Shown: positions 51,479 through 60,951, counted from the stretch's first letter. The stretch is DNA of 64,000 nt from an uncultured Acidobacteriota bacterium (GCA_963843575.1 CAWJKZ010000024.1:320001-384000); one strand, 5' to 3'. The notes: generated by a model not told the origin, from the letters alone. Program-made: numbers and translations.

Positions 51479-52875
51479 ATGCACCGCGCGAACATGGACG
51501 ACCAGGCCGAGCGCGTCAACGCAGCCTCGCTCTCCCTCCTGGAGGATCCCGGGATCAGGATCGAGCACGATGCGGTCGCCGCCCTGCTGCTGGCCGGCGG
51601 GGCGCGGCCCGGGGCTGCTTCGTCCGTGGTACGGTTCCCCCGCGGGCTGGTGGAGGACGCGCTGGCGGCCGCCCCCCGCTCGTTCGTGCTGGCCGCCAGG
51701 TGCGGCCCTGCGGTTGAGCTCGCACCCGATTCGACACCCGTCTTCTGGTCCGTCCCCGGCATGTCGCTCTTCCGCAACGGGGCGCATCGCCCGTTCACCT
51801 CGGCCGACATGGCCGATGCGGCGCGCCTGCTGGACAGGCTGCCGAGCGTGCACGCCGTCTTCGGCATGGCGCTCGACGACGTGCCGCCCCCGGCGCGCGA
51901 TGTCGCTGGCCTGAACATAATCGCCCGCAACAGCGGAAAGCACGTCCGGGTGCTTTGCTTCAGCCCGCAGGGGGCGGAGACCCTCGTGCGCATGCAGGCC
52001 GTCGTGCGCCAACGCGCTCCTGGTTCAGCATCGGGTTCACGGCACACGGCCCCCTGAGGTGGACCAACCTCGCCCTGGAAATCTACCGGCGCACCGCCGG
52101 AGTGGGGATACCTGCGAGCATCAACGGCGAGCCGATGGCCGGCGTGTCCGGCCCGGTGACTCTCGCGGGGGCTGCCGCGGTCGGCAACGCCGAGATCCTG
52201 GCCGGCCTGGTCGTCAACCAGCTGCTCGAGCCCGGAAGACCCTGCATTTACAACCTCGGGCTCGCCCACGTGCTAGACATGCGGACCGCCGTCGCAGTCA
52301 CCGGCGGCCCGGAAAACGCGTTGTTTGCTGAGCTGTCTGCCGCCATGGGCCGCTTCTACGGGCTCCCCTCGGCCTCGTGGGTCTCCACCGAAGCGATGTG
52401 CCCGGATTCCCAGGCGGCGCTGGAGAAGATGTTCGGTTTCCACACACATGCCGCGGCAGGGGTCAGCGTCATCTGGGGGGTCGGCCAACTCGAATCGGAG
52501 ATGACGTTCTCGCCGGCGCAGGCGGTCATCGACGACGAGATGATCTCCTATGCGAAACGCTTCCGTCGCGGCCTCGAGGCCGACGACGACAGCCTCGCCG
52601 TCGACGTGATCCGCTCTGTCGGCATCGCGGGCTCCTTCCTGGATCACCCGCACACGCTCGACAACTTCAAGTCCGAACTCTACATCCCCTTCATTCTCAA
52701 TCGTGTGCGCCGGAGCGCCTGGGAAAAAGCCGGGCGCCTCAGGCTGGACGAGCGAGCCGAGGAAACGGCGACCCGGCTGATGTCGCAGCCCGTGAGCAAC
52801 GGCCTGTCCGAGCTCCAGTCCCTCGAACTGGACCGGATCACCAGCGCGTTCCTGCGGGACGTCGCCCGCAGCTGA
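51479..52875 (+). CDS. MttB-superfamily (trimethylamine methyltransferase-like) protein, non-pyrrolysine; frameshift near 52010
   Basis: PMAGVSGPVTLAG...NAEILAG..QL..PG.P, DMRT, GGPE, PDSQAALEK, GQLES..FS..Q.VID.E. Confidence 0.8.
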
Positions 52876-52880
52876 CTGGA

Positions 52881-52909
52881 TGGACTGCGGCGCCTCGGCG
52901 CCCCGCTCT
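52881..52909. repeat. Degenerate TGGA(C/G)TGCGGC REP-like unit
   Basis: TGGACTGCGGCGCCTCGGCGCCCCGCTCT just after the stop codon. Confidence 0.6.
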
Positions 52910-53053
52910 AGAATCAACAGTTGGGCAGCCTCCGAAGCTTGAACCCGCTGAGCAGCCGGTCGAAAATTTCGAAACCTTTTGCCCCACACTCTATCAATAA
53001 CTGTGCGTCCCGAGCCTCCCAGAGGGGTGGGCCAGGACCAGAGGAGGGGGAAA

Positions 53054-53632
53054 ATGATGAGCGAAAGGACTTTGCGAAAACTGCTGTTGGCTGTTCCTGT
53101 CCTGGCATTGGGTCTGGCGCTACCAGGGGGTATTTCCGGTAAGGAAGCACAGAAGCCGCAACGTGTGGACCAGGCGCAGAACCGTCTCGCCAGGGAAGTG
53201 CGTCACCAGTTGGTCATGCTCCCGTTCTACGGGGTTTTCGACAACCTGGAGTATCAGCTCCAGGGGGTGGACACGGTCGTACTGTCGGGCCAGGTGACCC
53301 GGCCGACACTGAAGAGCGGGGCTGAGAACGTGGTGCGCGACATCGAGGGCGTGGCCAAGGTGGTCAACAACATCGAAGTTCTTCCGTTGTCGCCCAACGA
53401 CGACAGGATCCGGCTGGCGGTTTACCGGGCTATCTATGGACACACCGGCCTCGACCGCTATGGCATACGCGCGGTGCCGCCTATCCACATCGTGGTGAAC
53501 AACGGCAAGGTGACGCTCGTGGGGGTGGTCGCCAACGAGGCGGACAAGAACCTGGCCGGCATAGTCGCCAACGGTGTCCCGGGGACATTCGGGGTTACCA
53601 ACAATCTTCGGGTGGAAACCGAGGACAAGTAG
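53054..53632 (+). CDS. Secreted BON-domain (OsmY-like) protein
   Basis: Signal peptide and two BON repeats (VVLSGQV..GVAKVVNNIEV; VTLVGVV..GVTNNLRV). Confidence 0.85.
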   Translation: MMSERTLRKLLLAVPVLALGLALPGGISGKEAQKPQRVDQAQNRLAREVRHQLVMLPFYGVFDNLEYQLQGVDTVVLSGQVTRPTLKSGAENVVRDIEGVAKVVNNIEVLPLSPNDDRIRLAVYRAIYGHTGLDRYGIRAVPPIHIVVNNGKVTLVGVVANEADKNLAGIVANGVPGTFGVTNNLRVETEDK

Positions 53633-53697
53633 CAGTGGGCGGGGGCGGCCCGACCCCGCCCCCGGGAGCTGCAGCAGGGGGCACCAGGGCCCACTTA

Positions 53698-53950
53698 GTA
53701 CACAGTCTCATAAGTGCGCTGACGCATTTTTCAGGACGCAGAACAACCCGGGCGATGAGAGACAAAAGCCAAAACAGAACGCCGATTCCGCGGATCCAAC
53801 GGATTCACGCGGATCGGCCGCGTCCGGCATCCCACCGTGAGGGCTGCCTTGGGCACACAGGACTTTCCGGGCCCTGCCGGAAAACGCCGGACGCGGCCTA
53901 TCGCTAGGTCGATCCGTGGGGATCCGCGCGCATCTTATGAACATCAGTAC
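53698..53950. mobile_element. GTAC-ended MITE-like element (253 bp), second copy
   Basis: TTA|GTACACAGTCTCATAAGTGCGC ... GCGCATCTTATGAACATCAGTAC|TCA. Shares CGGATTCACGCGGATCGGCCG with the 41352 element. Confidence 0.7.
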
Positions 53951-54465
53951 TCAGTCTCCCCAGGGGGAACCGGATTGACGAGGTCCAGATACCGGCGGAC
54001 GACGTACACGCCATCGGGTGTGAACGAGGGACCCTGAGCGATCACGGTGTCGGGGGCCACGAAACACCCGCTCACGATTTCTTCTTCCTGCAGCGTCATC
54101 GGGCCGTCGTACATGCACGTGAAGACCGCTCCCCAGACCTCGACGCCGGCGTCGGCATAGTGGAACTCGAACAGGAACCGCAGCGGTACCCCCCGGATGC
54201 CGAGTTCCTCGTCCAGTTCGCGGGCGGCCCCCTGCTCGTAGCTCTCGCCCTGCAACACTACGCCTCCCGCGGCGGGGTCCAGGTAGCCGGGGAAGATATC
54301 TTTCGTCGGGGAGCGCCTCTGCACGAAGAGTTCGCCCGCGGAGTTGAAGACGAGGATGTAGGTGCTCCGGTGCGGCAGGCGCCGGCGCCGCATCTCCGCC
54401 CGGGGCGCCGCTCCCACGACCCGGTTCTCCCCGTCGACGATGACGACGATTTCGTCGGCCGACAT
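53944..54465 (-). CDS. NUDIX hydrolase (YfcD/Idi-like)
   Basis: HRSTYILVFN, GGVVLQGESYEQGAARELDEELGI Nudix box. Confidence 0.85.
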   Translation of the reverse strand: MSADEIVVIVDGENRVVGAAPRAEMRRRRLPHRSTYILVFNSAGELFVQRRSPTKDIFPGYLDPAAGGVVLQGESYEQGAARELDEELGIRGVPLRFLFEFHYADAGVEVWGAVFTCMYDGPMTLQEEEIVSGCFVAPDTVIAQGPSFTPDGVYVVRRYLDLVNPVPPGETEY

Positions 54466-54487
54466 CTTTTCCTCCCTTGGTACCGGA

Positions 54488-56086
54488 CTAGTTCCCGGCG
54501 GCCACCTCAGCTGCGGCGGCGGCGGCGGACCTGTCTTTCAGGAGTTTGTACCGTACGCCGTCGGCCAGGGCCTGGTAACTGGCCTCGAGAATGTTTTCAG
54601 ACACCCCGACGGTTGTCCAGTTCTCCTGCCCGTCACTCTGCTGGATCAGGACGCGGACCTTCGCCGCCGTCCCCTTGCCGTCGTCCAGCACCCGGACCTT
54701 GTAATCCGTAAGCTGGACGGAGCGGAGCGGCTCGAAGAATTCCTGCAGCGCTTTGTGCAGGGCGCAGTCCAGCGCGTGGACCGGGCCGTCCCCCTCGGCT
54801 GCCGTGTGGACGACACGGTCACCGACCAGTATCTTCACCGTGGCTTCCGAGGTGTATTCCCCGGTCCGGCGCAGTTCGTTGATCACCCGGAAATTGTCGA
54901 TCGTAAAGAAGTCGCTCTCCCCGTGCATTGCGGTTTCGAGCAGCACCCGCAGCGAACCCTCGGCCGCCTCGAACTCGTACCCCTCGTGCTCGAGCTTTTT
55001 GACGCGGCTCAGCGCGTGTTTCAGGGCCTCTTGGTTGTCTTCGATCCGGAGGTTCATCTCGCGGGCCTTGTAAAGCAGATTGCTCTTACCGGAGAGCTCC
55101 GAAACCAGGACGCGGCGCGCGTTGCCGACGGTTTCCGGGGTGATGTGTTCGTAGGTTGCGGCATCCTTGACGACCGCGCTGACGTGCACCCCGCCTTTGT
55201 GTGCGAAGGCGCTTTCACCGACGAACGGGAGTTCGTTGCGGTGAGGCAGGTTCGCGACCTGGCTGACGAAGCGCGAGGTGGCGGCGAGGAGGGGAAGCCG
55301 GTCCCTGCCGATGGTTTCGACCCCCATCTTGAGCTCGAGGTTGGGGATGACCGAGCAGAGGTTGGCGTTGCCGCAACGCTCGCCGAAGCCGTTGATCGTT
55401 CCCTGCACTTGCACGGCGCCGCACCGGACGGCGGCGAGGCTGTTGGCGACGGCCAGTTCCGAGTCGTTGTGGGCATGGATTCCGAGGGGAAGCCGCACCG
55501 CCGAGCGGGCACTGAGCAGCGCCTCCTCGACGTGGCCCGTCAGGCTGCCTCCGTTGGTGTCGCACAGCACGATGATGTCGGCGCCTCCTTCCTCGGCCGC
55601 ACGGAGCGTCGCGAGGGCGTATTCGGGATTGGCGGCGAAGCCGTCGAAGAAGTGCTCGGCGTCGTAGACCACTTCGCGGCCAGCCTCCTTGAGGTAGGCC
55701 ACGGAGGCACGGATGAGGTCGCAGTTCCTCGCCAGCGGGATCTTGAGGGCGGTGGTGACGTGAAAATCCCAGGTTTTGCCGAAGATCGTCACGACCGGGG
55801 TCGCCGCTGCCAGCAGAGCGTTCAGGTTGGGATCCTCCGACGGGGTGTGGCGCGCGTGGGCGGTGCTCCCGAAAGCCGCGATTCTGGCACTGTGCCACGT
55901 CATCGAGCGCGCCCGCTCGAAGAACTCGGCGTCCTTCTCGTTGGAGCCGGGCCACCCCCCCTCGATGTAGTCGACCCCCAACTCGTCGAGCTTCCGTGCC
56001 ACGCGCAGCTTGTCCTCGACTGAAAACGCCACGTTTTCGCTCTGGGTTCCGTCCCGAAGGGTCGTATCGTAGATCTGGACTTTCAC
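54488..56086 (-). CDS. cimA: (R)-citramalate synthase
   Basis: YDTTLRDGTQ, IEGGWPGSN, FGKTWDFHV, YDAEHFFDG, HAHND, and a LeuA-type regulatory domain. Confidence 0.9.
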   Translation of the reverse strand: MKVQIYDTTLRDGTQSENVAFSVEDKLRVARKLDELGVDYIEGGWPGSNEKDAEFFERARSMTWHSARIAAFGSTAHARHTPSEDPNLNALLAAATPVVTIFGKTWDFHVTTALKIPLARNCDLIRASVAYLKEAGREVVYDAEHFFDGFAANPEYALATLRAAEEGGADIIVLCDTNGGSLTGHVEEALLSARSAVRLPLGIHAHNDSELAVANSLAAVRCGAVQVQGTINGFGERCGNANLCSVIPNLELKMGVETIGRDRLPLLAATSRFVSQVANLPHRNELPFVGESAFAHKGGVHVSAVVKDAATYEHITPETVGNARRVLVSELSGKSNLLYKAREMNLRIEDNQEALKHALSRVKKLEHEGYEFEAAEGSLRVLLETAMHGESDFFTIDNFRVINELRRTGEYTSEATVKILVGDRVVHTAAEGDGPVHALDCALHKALQEFFEPLRSVQLTDYKVRVLDDGKGTAAKVRVLIQQSDGQENWTTVGVSENILEASYQALADGVRYKLLKDRSAAAAAAEVAAGN

Positions 56087-56110
56087 TCTTGCCTCCTTTT
56101 GCGGCGCCTG

Positions 56111-56150
56111 AAAAACAAAAACGCCCTCACCCGGCCGGCGGATGAGGGCG
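56111..56150 (-). terminator. Attenuator terminator upstream of cimA
   Basis: Minus strand CGCCCTCAtCCG..CGGgTGAGGGCG followed by TTTTTGTTTTT, 25 nt before the start codon. Confidence 0.85.
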
Positions 56151-56174
56151 ATGCGTACAGCGGATCGCGAGCCT

Positions 56175-56249
56175 CTAACCGCCGGGGGGGCTCCCCCGGA
56201 CGATGATGATGCTAATGGCGATCGCGACGAACCCGGCTTCCCTGGTCAT
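56175..56249 (-). CDS. Ile-rich leader peptide MTREAGFVAIAISIIIVRGSPPGG
   Basis: 24-codon ORF with 5 Ile codons in 7 positions, flanked by Val, lying directly before the terminator. Confidence 0.8.
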   Translation of the reverse strand: MTREAGFVAIAISIIIVRGSPPGG

Positions 56250-56345
56250 TTACAGATCCTATACCTAGAATTAATACAACTCTGCCACACACCGCCCAGT
56301 TTGTAAACAACATCTGCGGGTGCCTCATGGTCCGGCTTCCGATTT

Positions 56346-57380
56346 TCATTCGAGGTCGCCGCAGCGCTCCGCCACCGTCGAAAGGAACTGCACGACCCGG
56401 CACTCGCCCCAGTATGCGTCGAAGTCCGTGCCGGCGGGTGGGCGGGGCTGCAGGAAACCGGTGTGGCCCCCGTACCGGGTCGCGAGGAGCAGGAGGTGCG
56501 GGTTCCGTTCGATGCCCGAGGTGAGGAACGGCTCGAACGGGATCATCGGGTCGTCCATGGCCTGAACGATCAGGGTCGGCACCCGGATGGCGCCGAGCAA
56601 CGGGGCCGAGCTGGCGAGGCGGTAGTAGTCGTCGGCCGTCCCGAAACCGAAGTGGGGCGCAGTGACGAGGTCGTCGAATTCGTATATGGTCCGGACCCGC
56701 TCGATCTTCTTCATGTCGCCCAGGGCCGGGTAGAGCGCCAGCTTGCGCCGCATTCTGCGGATCAGGTTGCGCACGAAATACCGCTGGTAGATCCAATTCT
56801 GCGGGAGGCTGAGCTTCTCCACCCCGAGACCGAGGTCGATCGGCGGGCTGATGACGGCGGCCGAGCGCAGCGGGTCACCGCCGTTTTCACCCTGCTCTCC
56901 CAGGTATTTGAGCAGGACGTTTGCCCCGAGCGACACGGCGGCAGCGTACACGTGCTCCAGCCCGAGCCCGCGCAGCCAGCGGATGACGGCGCGCACGTCC
57001 TGCGACAATCCGGCGCAGTAGAGCGTCGCGGTCAGGTGCTCGGTGCCGCCGCAGTTGCGCATGTTGAGCCTCACCACGTGAAACCCCTGGGCATACGCCT
57101 TCTTGCTCATCCCTACCAGGTAGTGCGAGCGCGCGCTGCCTTCCAGGCCGTGCAGAAATATCGCGACTGGCCGCTTTCCGAGGTGTCCCGGCTGCCACGA
57201 CGCCTCGCCGGTGATCCTCCCCTCGGCGCCCAGATCGATTTCCACGGTTTCGTACGACTGCCAGCCGTAGTTCCAGCTCCGCGGTTTCCGGGAGGAGACG
57301 ATCGTCTGCAGATGCGGGTTGCGCAGCCAGCGGGGCGGGTCGAAGGGCGGATAGGTCAGCCGCGGCATCCGAGAAGCCAT
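56346..57380 (-). CDS. YheT-family alpha/beta hydrolase
   Basis: NPHLQT, HGLEGS, RNCGG, VSLGAN, DDPMIP, GGHTGF. Confidence 0.85.
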   Translation of the reverse strand: MASRMPRLTYPPFDPPRWLRNPHLQTIVSSRKPRSWNYGWQSYETVEIDLGAEGRITGEASWQPGHLGKRPVAIFLHGLEGSARSHYLVGMSKKAYAQGFHVVRLNMRNCGGTEHLTATLYCAGLSQDVRAVIRWLRGLGLEHVYAAAVSLGANVLLKYLGEQGENGGDPLRSAAVISPPIDLGLGVEKLSLPQNWIYQRYFVRNLIRRMRRKLALYPALGDMKKIERVRTIYEFDDLVTAPHFGFGTADDYYRLASSAPLLGAIRVPTLIVQAMDDPMIPFEPFLTSGIERNPHLLLLATRYGGHTGFLQPRPPAGTDFDAYWGECRVVQFLSTVAERCGDLE

Positions 57381-57445
57381 AGGTGGCAAATAGTGCGCGC
57401 GGGCCTGTCCGCCGTCAAGCGCATGGTTTACAATGGCCCGTACCG

Positions 57446-57982
57446 ATGCGCACGATCGTGGTGGGCGGCCATACGCGAGGAGTCGGAAAGACGGCGGTGG
57501 TCTGCGGCATCCTGCGCGCCTTCGCCGGGATGCGCTGGACCGCAGTCAAGGTCACCCCGCACCCGCACGTCGCCGCGGCCGGTCCGGCCGTGGCGATATA
57601 TGAGGAGGCCGACGGGGCTGGTGGAAACGACACGGCGCGTTTTCTGGCGGCGGGCGCGTCCCGCGCGCTGCTGATCCAGGCCGGGGCGGGCGCCGCAGGC
57701 GAGGCGGCTGCAGTCGTAACGAAACTCGCGGAGCAAGGACCGGTGGTGGTGGAAGGAAACAGCCTCGTGTGCCACCTGGCGCAGGAGCTATTCCTGTTCG
57801 TCGTCCGGCCGGAGTGTGGGGAGTGGAAGGAAGCCGCCCGCGGGCTCCTGGAGAGGGCGGACGCCGTGATCGTCAACGGGCCGGGAGGTCCGGACGTCGC
57901 GGGCCGTGTCTTTCGCATGGAGGCGCCAGAAACACTCCCGCCCCAGCTCGTCCGTTTGCTGAAGACGGCCGGTGTTTATTGA
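57446..57982 (+). CDS. Uncharacterised P-loop protein (MobB-like)
   Basis: VVGGHTRGVGKT Walker A-like motif, DTARFLAAGA, VVEGNS. Confidence 0.65.
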   Translation: MRTIVVGGHTRGVGKTAVVCGILRAFAGMRWTAVKVTPHPHVAAAGPAVAIYEEADGAGGNDTARFLAAGASRALLIQAGAGAAGEAAAVVTKLAEQGPVVVEGNSLVCHLAQELFLFVVRPECGEWKEAARGLLERADAVIVNGPGGPDVAGRVFRMEAPETLPPQLVRLLKTAGVY

Positions 57983-57997
57983 AACAAGAGGGTGATC

Positions 57998-58220
57998 TGG
58001 AGTGCGGCGCCGAGCCGCCGCACTCCACAATCAACCGCCGGCCCCGCCCGTAAGACAAGTGCGTCCGGGCTTCAGCCCGGACGTTTGTCGCGATGCAGGG
58101 CAGGTGGAACTCTATGGAACGGATTTAAAGACGTCCGGGCTGAAGCCCGGACCCACTTGCTTTACGGGCAGGGCGGGCAGATCAACCGTTGGACAGCCTC
58201 TGGAGCCCGGCCCCACTTGT
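57998..58220. repeat. Composite repeat: collapsed GGAGTGCGGC hairpin, GTGG-REP doublet, MITE end and half REP
   Basis: 12-bp perfect stem at 57998-58027 and a doublet at 58059-58156. CAACCGTTGGACAGCCTC ends at 58200, then TGGA-GCCCGG. Confidence 0.8.
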
Positions 58221-58248
58221 TTTGGACAGATGACGCCGCCGGCGTCCG

Positions 58249-58650
58249 CTATTCCGGGCGGACGTGGGTGCGGACGAAGGATACGATCTCCTCCAGTGAG
58301 CTCCCTGGCGGGAACACCTCGGCGACCCCGAGTTCCTTGAGCCGTGGGATATCCTGATCGGGGATGATCCCGCCGGCGAACACCATGATGTCGTCGAGCT
58401 GATTCTGCCGCCTCAGCTCCATGATGCGGGGGAAGAGGTGCATGTGGGCACCCGACAGGATGGACAGGCCCACGGCATCGACATCCTCCTGCAGGGCGGC
58501 GTCGATGATCTGCTCGGGCGTCTGACGCAGCCCTGTGTAGATCACCTCCATCCCGGCGTCCCGCAGGGCGCGGGCGATCACCTTGGCGCCGCGGTCATGC
58601 CCGTCCAGCCCGGGTTTGGCTACGAGCACTCGGATTCGTCGTTCGGTCAT
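58249..58650 (-). CDS. Acyl-CoA mutase small, cobalamin-binding subunit
   Basis: [13 protein letters not shown] (DxHxxG), GLSILSGAH. Confidence 0.92.
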   Translation of the reverse strand: MTERRIRVLVAKPGLDGHDRGAKVIARALRDAGMEVIYTGLRQTPEQIIDAALQEDVDAVGLSILSGAHMHLFPRIMELRRQNQLDDIMVFAGGIIPDQDIPRLKELGVAEVFPPGSSLEEIVSFVRTHVRPE

Positions 58651-58654
58651 AGTC

Positions 58655-60276
58655 TCAGTCGATCAGGGGTTCCTTGTATTCGCCGAATACAGCCCTCAGA
58701 GTATCGCACATTTCGCCCAGGGTCGCGTAGGATCGCACGCAGTCGAGAACGGCGGGCAGGAGGTTTTCGGAACCCCGGGCTGCGGACTCCAGCAGGCGCA
58801 GGTTTTCCCGGACCCGGGCGTCGTCTCGCTGCGCGCGGACGCGGCGCAGCTTGGCGCACTGCCGCTCGTGGGCCTGGTCGTCGATGACGTGCACGTCGAC
58901 GGGGGCGCATGAGTCGGCGCCGAACCCGTTGACCCCGACTATGATCCTCTCCCCCGGTCCACTTCCTTGGCGTACCGGTAAGACGCGTTCTGGATCTCGC
59001 GCTGGGGGTAGCCCGCCTCGATGGCGGCGACCATACCGCCCAGCGCGTCGATCCGCTCGAAGTACTCCAGGCAGGCTTGCTCCATCTCGTTGGTGAGCGT
59101 CTCGACGAAGTAGGATCCGCCGAGGGGATCGACGGTGGCGGCGGCCCCGCTCTCGCAGGCGATGATCTGCTGCGTGCGCAGCGCAAGCGTCACGGCCTGT
59201 TCGGTCGGCAGCGAGAGCGTCTCGTCGAGGGAGTTGGTGTGCAGTGACTGGGTGCCGCCGAGCACGGCCGCAAGCGCCTGCAGCGCCACGCGCACGACGT
59301 TGTTGTAGGGCTGCTGCGCCGTCAGCGACACGCCCGCCGTCTGGCAGTGGATCCGGCAGAGGAGGGAGCGCGGGTTCCGGGCGTGGAACCGGTCCCGCAT
59401 CACCCGGGCCCAGATCCGGCGCGCGGCGCGCAGCTTGGCGATTTCCTCAAAAAAGTCGTTGTGCACGTCGAAGAAGAAGCTGAGCCGCGGGGCGAAGTCG
59501 TCCACGGCAAGGCCCGCACGCACCGCGTGGTCGACGTACTCGATGCCGTCGCGCAGCGTGAACGCCAGTTCCTGGATGGCGGTCGATCCGGCCTCCCGGA
59601 TGTGATAACCGCTGACCGAGACCGTGTTCCAACGGGGAGCGTGCCGCGTGGCGAACGCGATGATGTCGGTGATGATCCTCATCGAGGGACGGGGGGGGTA
59701 GATGAAGGTCTTCTGGGCGATGTACTCCTTCAGGATGTCGTTCTGGATCGTCCCCGAGAGGTTGCGCCAGTCCACCCCCTGCTTTTCCGCGGTGACCAGG
59801 TACATGCCCCAAAGCATGGCCGCCGGGGCGTTCGTCGTCATCGAGGTGGTCACCTGATCCAGCGGGATTCCCTCGAAGAGGGCCTCCATGTCGGCCAGCG
59901 AATCGATGGCGACGCCGCACCGGCCCACCTCGCCCAGCGAGAGCGGGTGGTCGGAGTCGTAACCGAACAGGGTGGGGTAATCGAAGGCCACCGAAAGCCC
60001 CGTCTGCCCCTGCTGCAGAAGGTACTTGAAGCGGGCGTTGGTGTCCTCGGCTGTCCCGAAGCCGGCGAACTGCCGCATCGTCCAGAGCCGGCCACGGTAC
60101 ATGTTTCGGTGCACACCCCTCGTGTAGGGGAACTCGCCCGGTTCGCCCAGGTTGCGCCCCGGGTCGAACCCGTCGAGATCGCCGGCGCCGTAGAATTCAC
60201 GGATGGGATACCCCGAAACGGTGGTAAACGACCGGTCCGCCCCCGCAGCGGCCGGTTGCTTTTCCCGCACTTTCAC
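58655..60276 (-). CDS. Acyl-CoA mutase large subunit (isobutyryl-CoA-mutase-like), one frameshift at the G5 run 58951-58955
   Basis: [38 protein letters not shown]. One added G restores ERIIVGVN and joins the 58655-58894 ORF. Confidence 0.88.
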
Positions 60277-60376
60277 TATCCCCCTCCCGGCTCGAAATAT
60301 AGCACAGGTATGGAAGTGAGGCGCCTCAGCGCCACGCCGGTTGCGGTCGATCGGCGCCCTGTCGCTGTGTATATTT

Positions 60377-60450
60377 TGGAGTGCGGCGCCTCGGCGCCGC
60401 TTTAACTTACGTCGGGCTGCCGGAATGCCCGACGCCTTGGCGCCGCGCCC
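60377..60450. repeat. TGGAGTGCGGC REP-like unit with partial spacer
   Basis: Exact 27-mer at 60377-60403, followed by sequence similar to the spacer after 9949. Confidence 0.8.
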
Positions 60451-60486
60451 TGTTTGTCGGGCAGCCGCGGAGCCCCAGACGATACG

Positions 60487-60951
60487 TCACTGGGGGGATT
60501 CCAGCCGGCGCGCCTCGCGGAAACAGTCGAGGGCCCTGTCGTTATCCTTGAGTACCTTGTAGAGGTACCCCTTTTCCTTCCAGATGGCCACCCGGCTTTC
60601 CGTGGTCCGGAAGGCCTTCTGGTTATCCTCGAGCAGCTGCAGCCCCGCCTTTGTCTGGCCCCTGCGGGCAAACTGATCCGACAGGAAGAGGAGCTCCTTG
60701 AGCAGGACCGGCTCCTGGTCCGCCGGCCATTGCATCGAAAAGATCTTGCCGGCTTCGACGGCCGCCTGGGCGAAGCTGTTTTTGTTGAGCAGCAGCATCA
60801 CGATCTCGTGCTGGGCCTCGGCGGCGCTGCGCGTTTTTTGCAGGGCCGCCGCATTCTGACCAGGCATGGCTGCGGAGGCGGCCGGCCACAGCACGGCTGC
60901 CAGCGCTGCCGCGAGGAGAGCTGAAGACGGGGGGATAGCGGCGGGTCTCAT
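60487..60951 (-). CDS. Secreted TPR-like helical protein
   Basis: Signal peptide and C-terminal TPR-like W.EKGYLY...ALDCFREA. Confidence 0.6.
   Translation of the reverse strand: MRPAAIPPSSALLAAALAAVLWPAASAAMPGQNAAALQKTRSAAEAQHEIVMLLLNKNSFAQAAVEAGKIFSMQWPADQEPVLLKELLFLSDQFARRGQTKAGLQLLEDNQKAFRTTESRVAIWKEKGYLYKVLKDNDRALDCFREARRLESPQ

Noticed and set aside
51955-52875. Pyrrolysine recoding in the MttB homolog
   Set aside because: No in-frame TAG and no pyl genes in the window.
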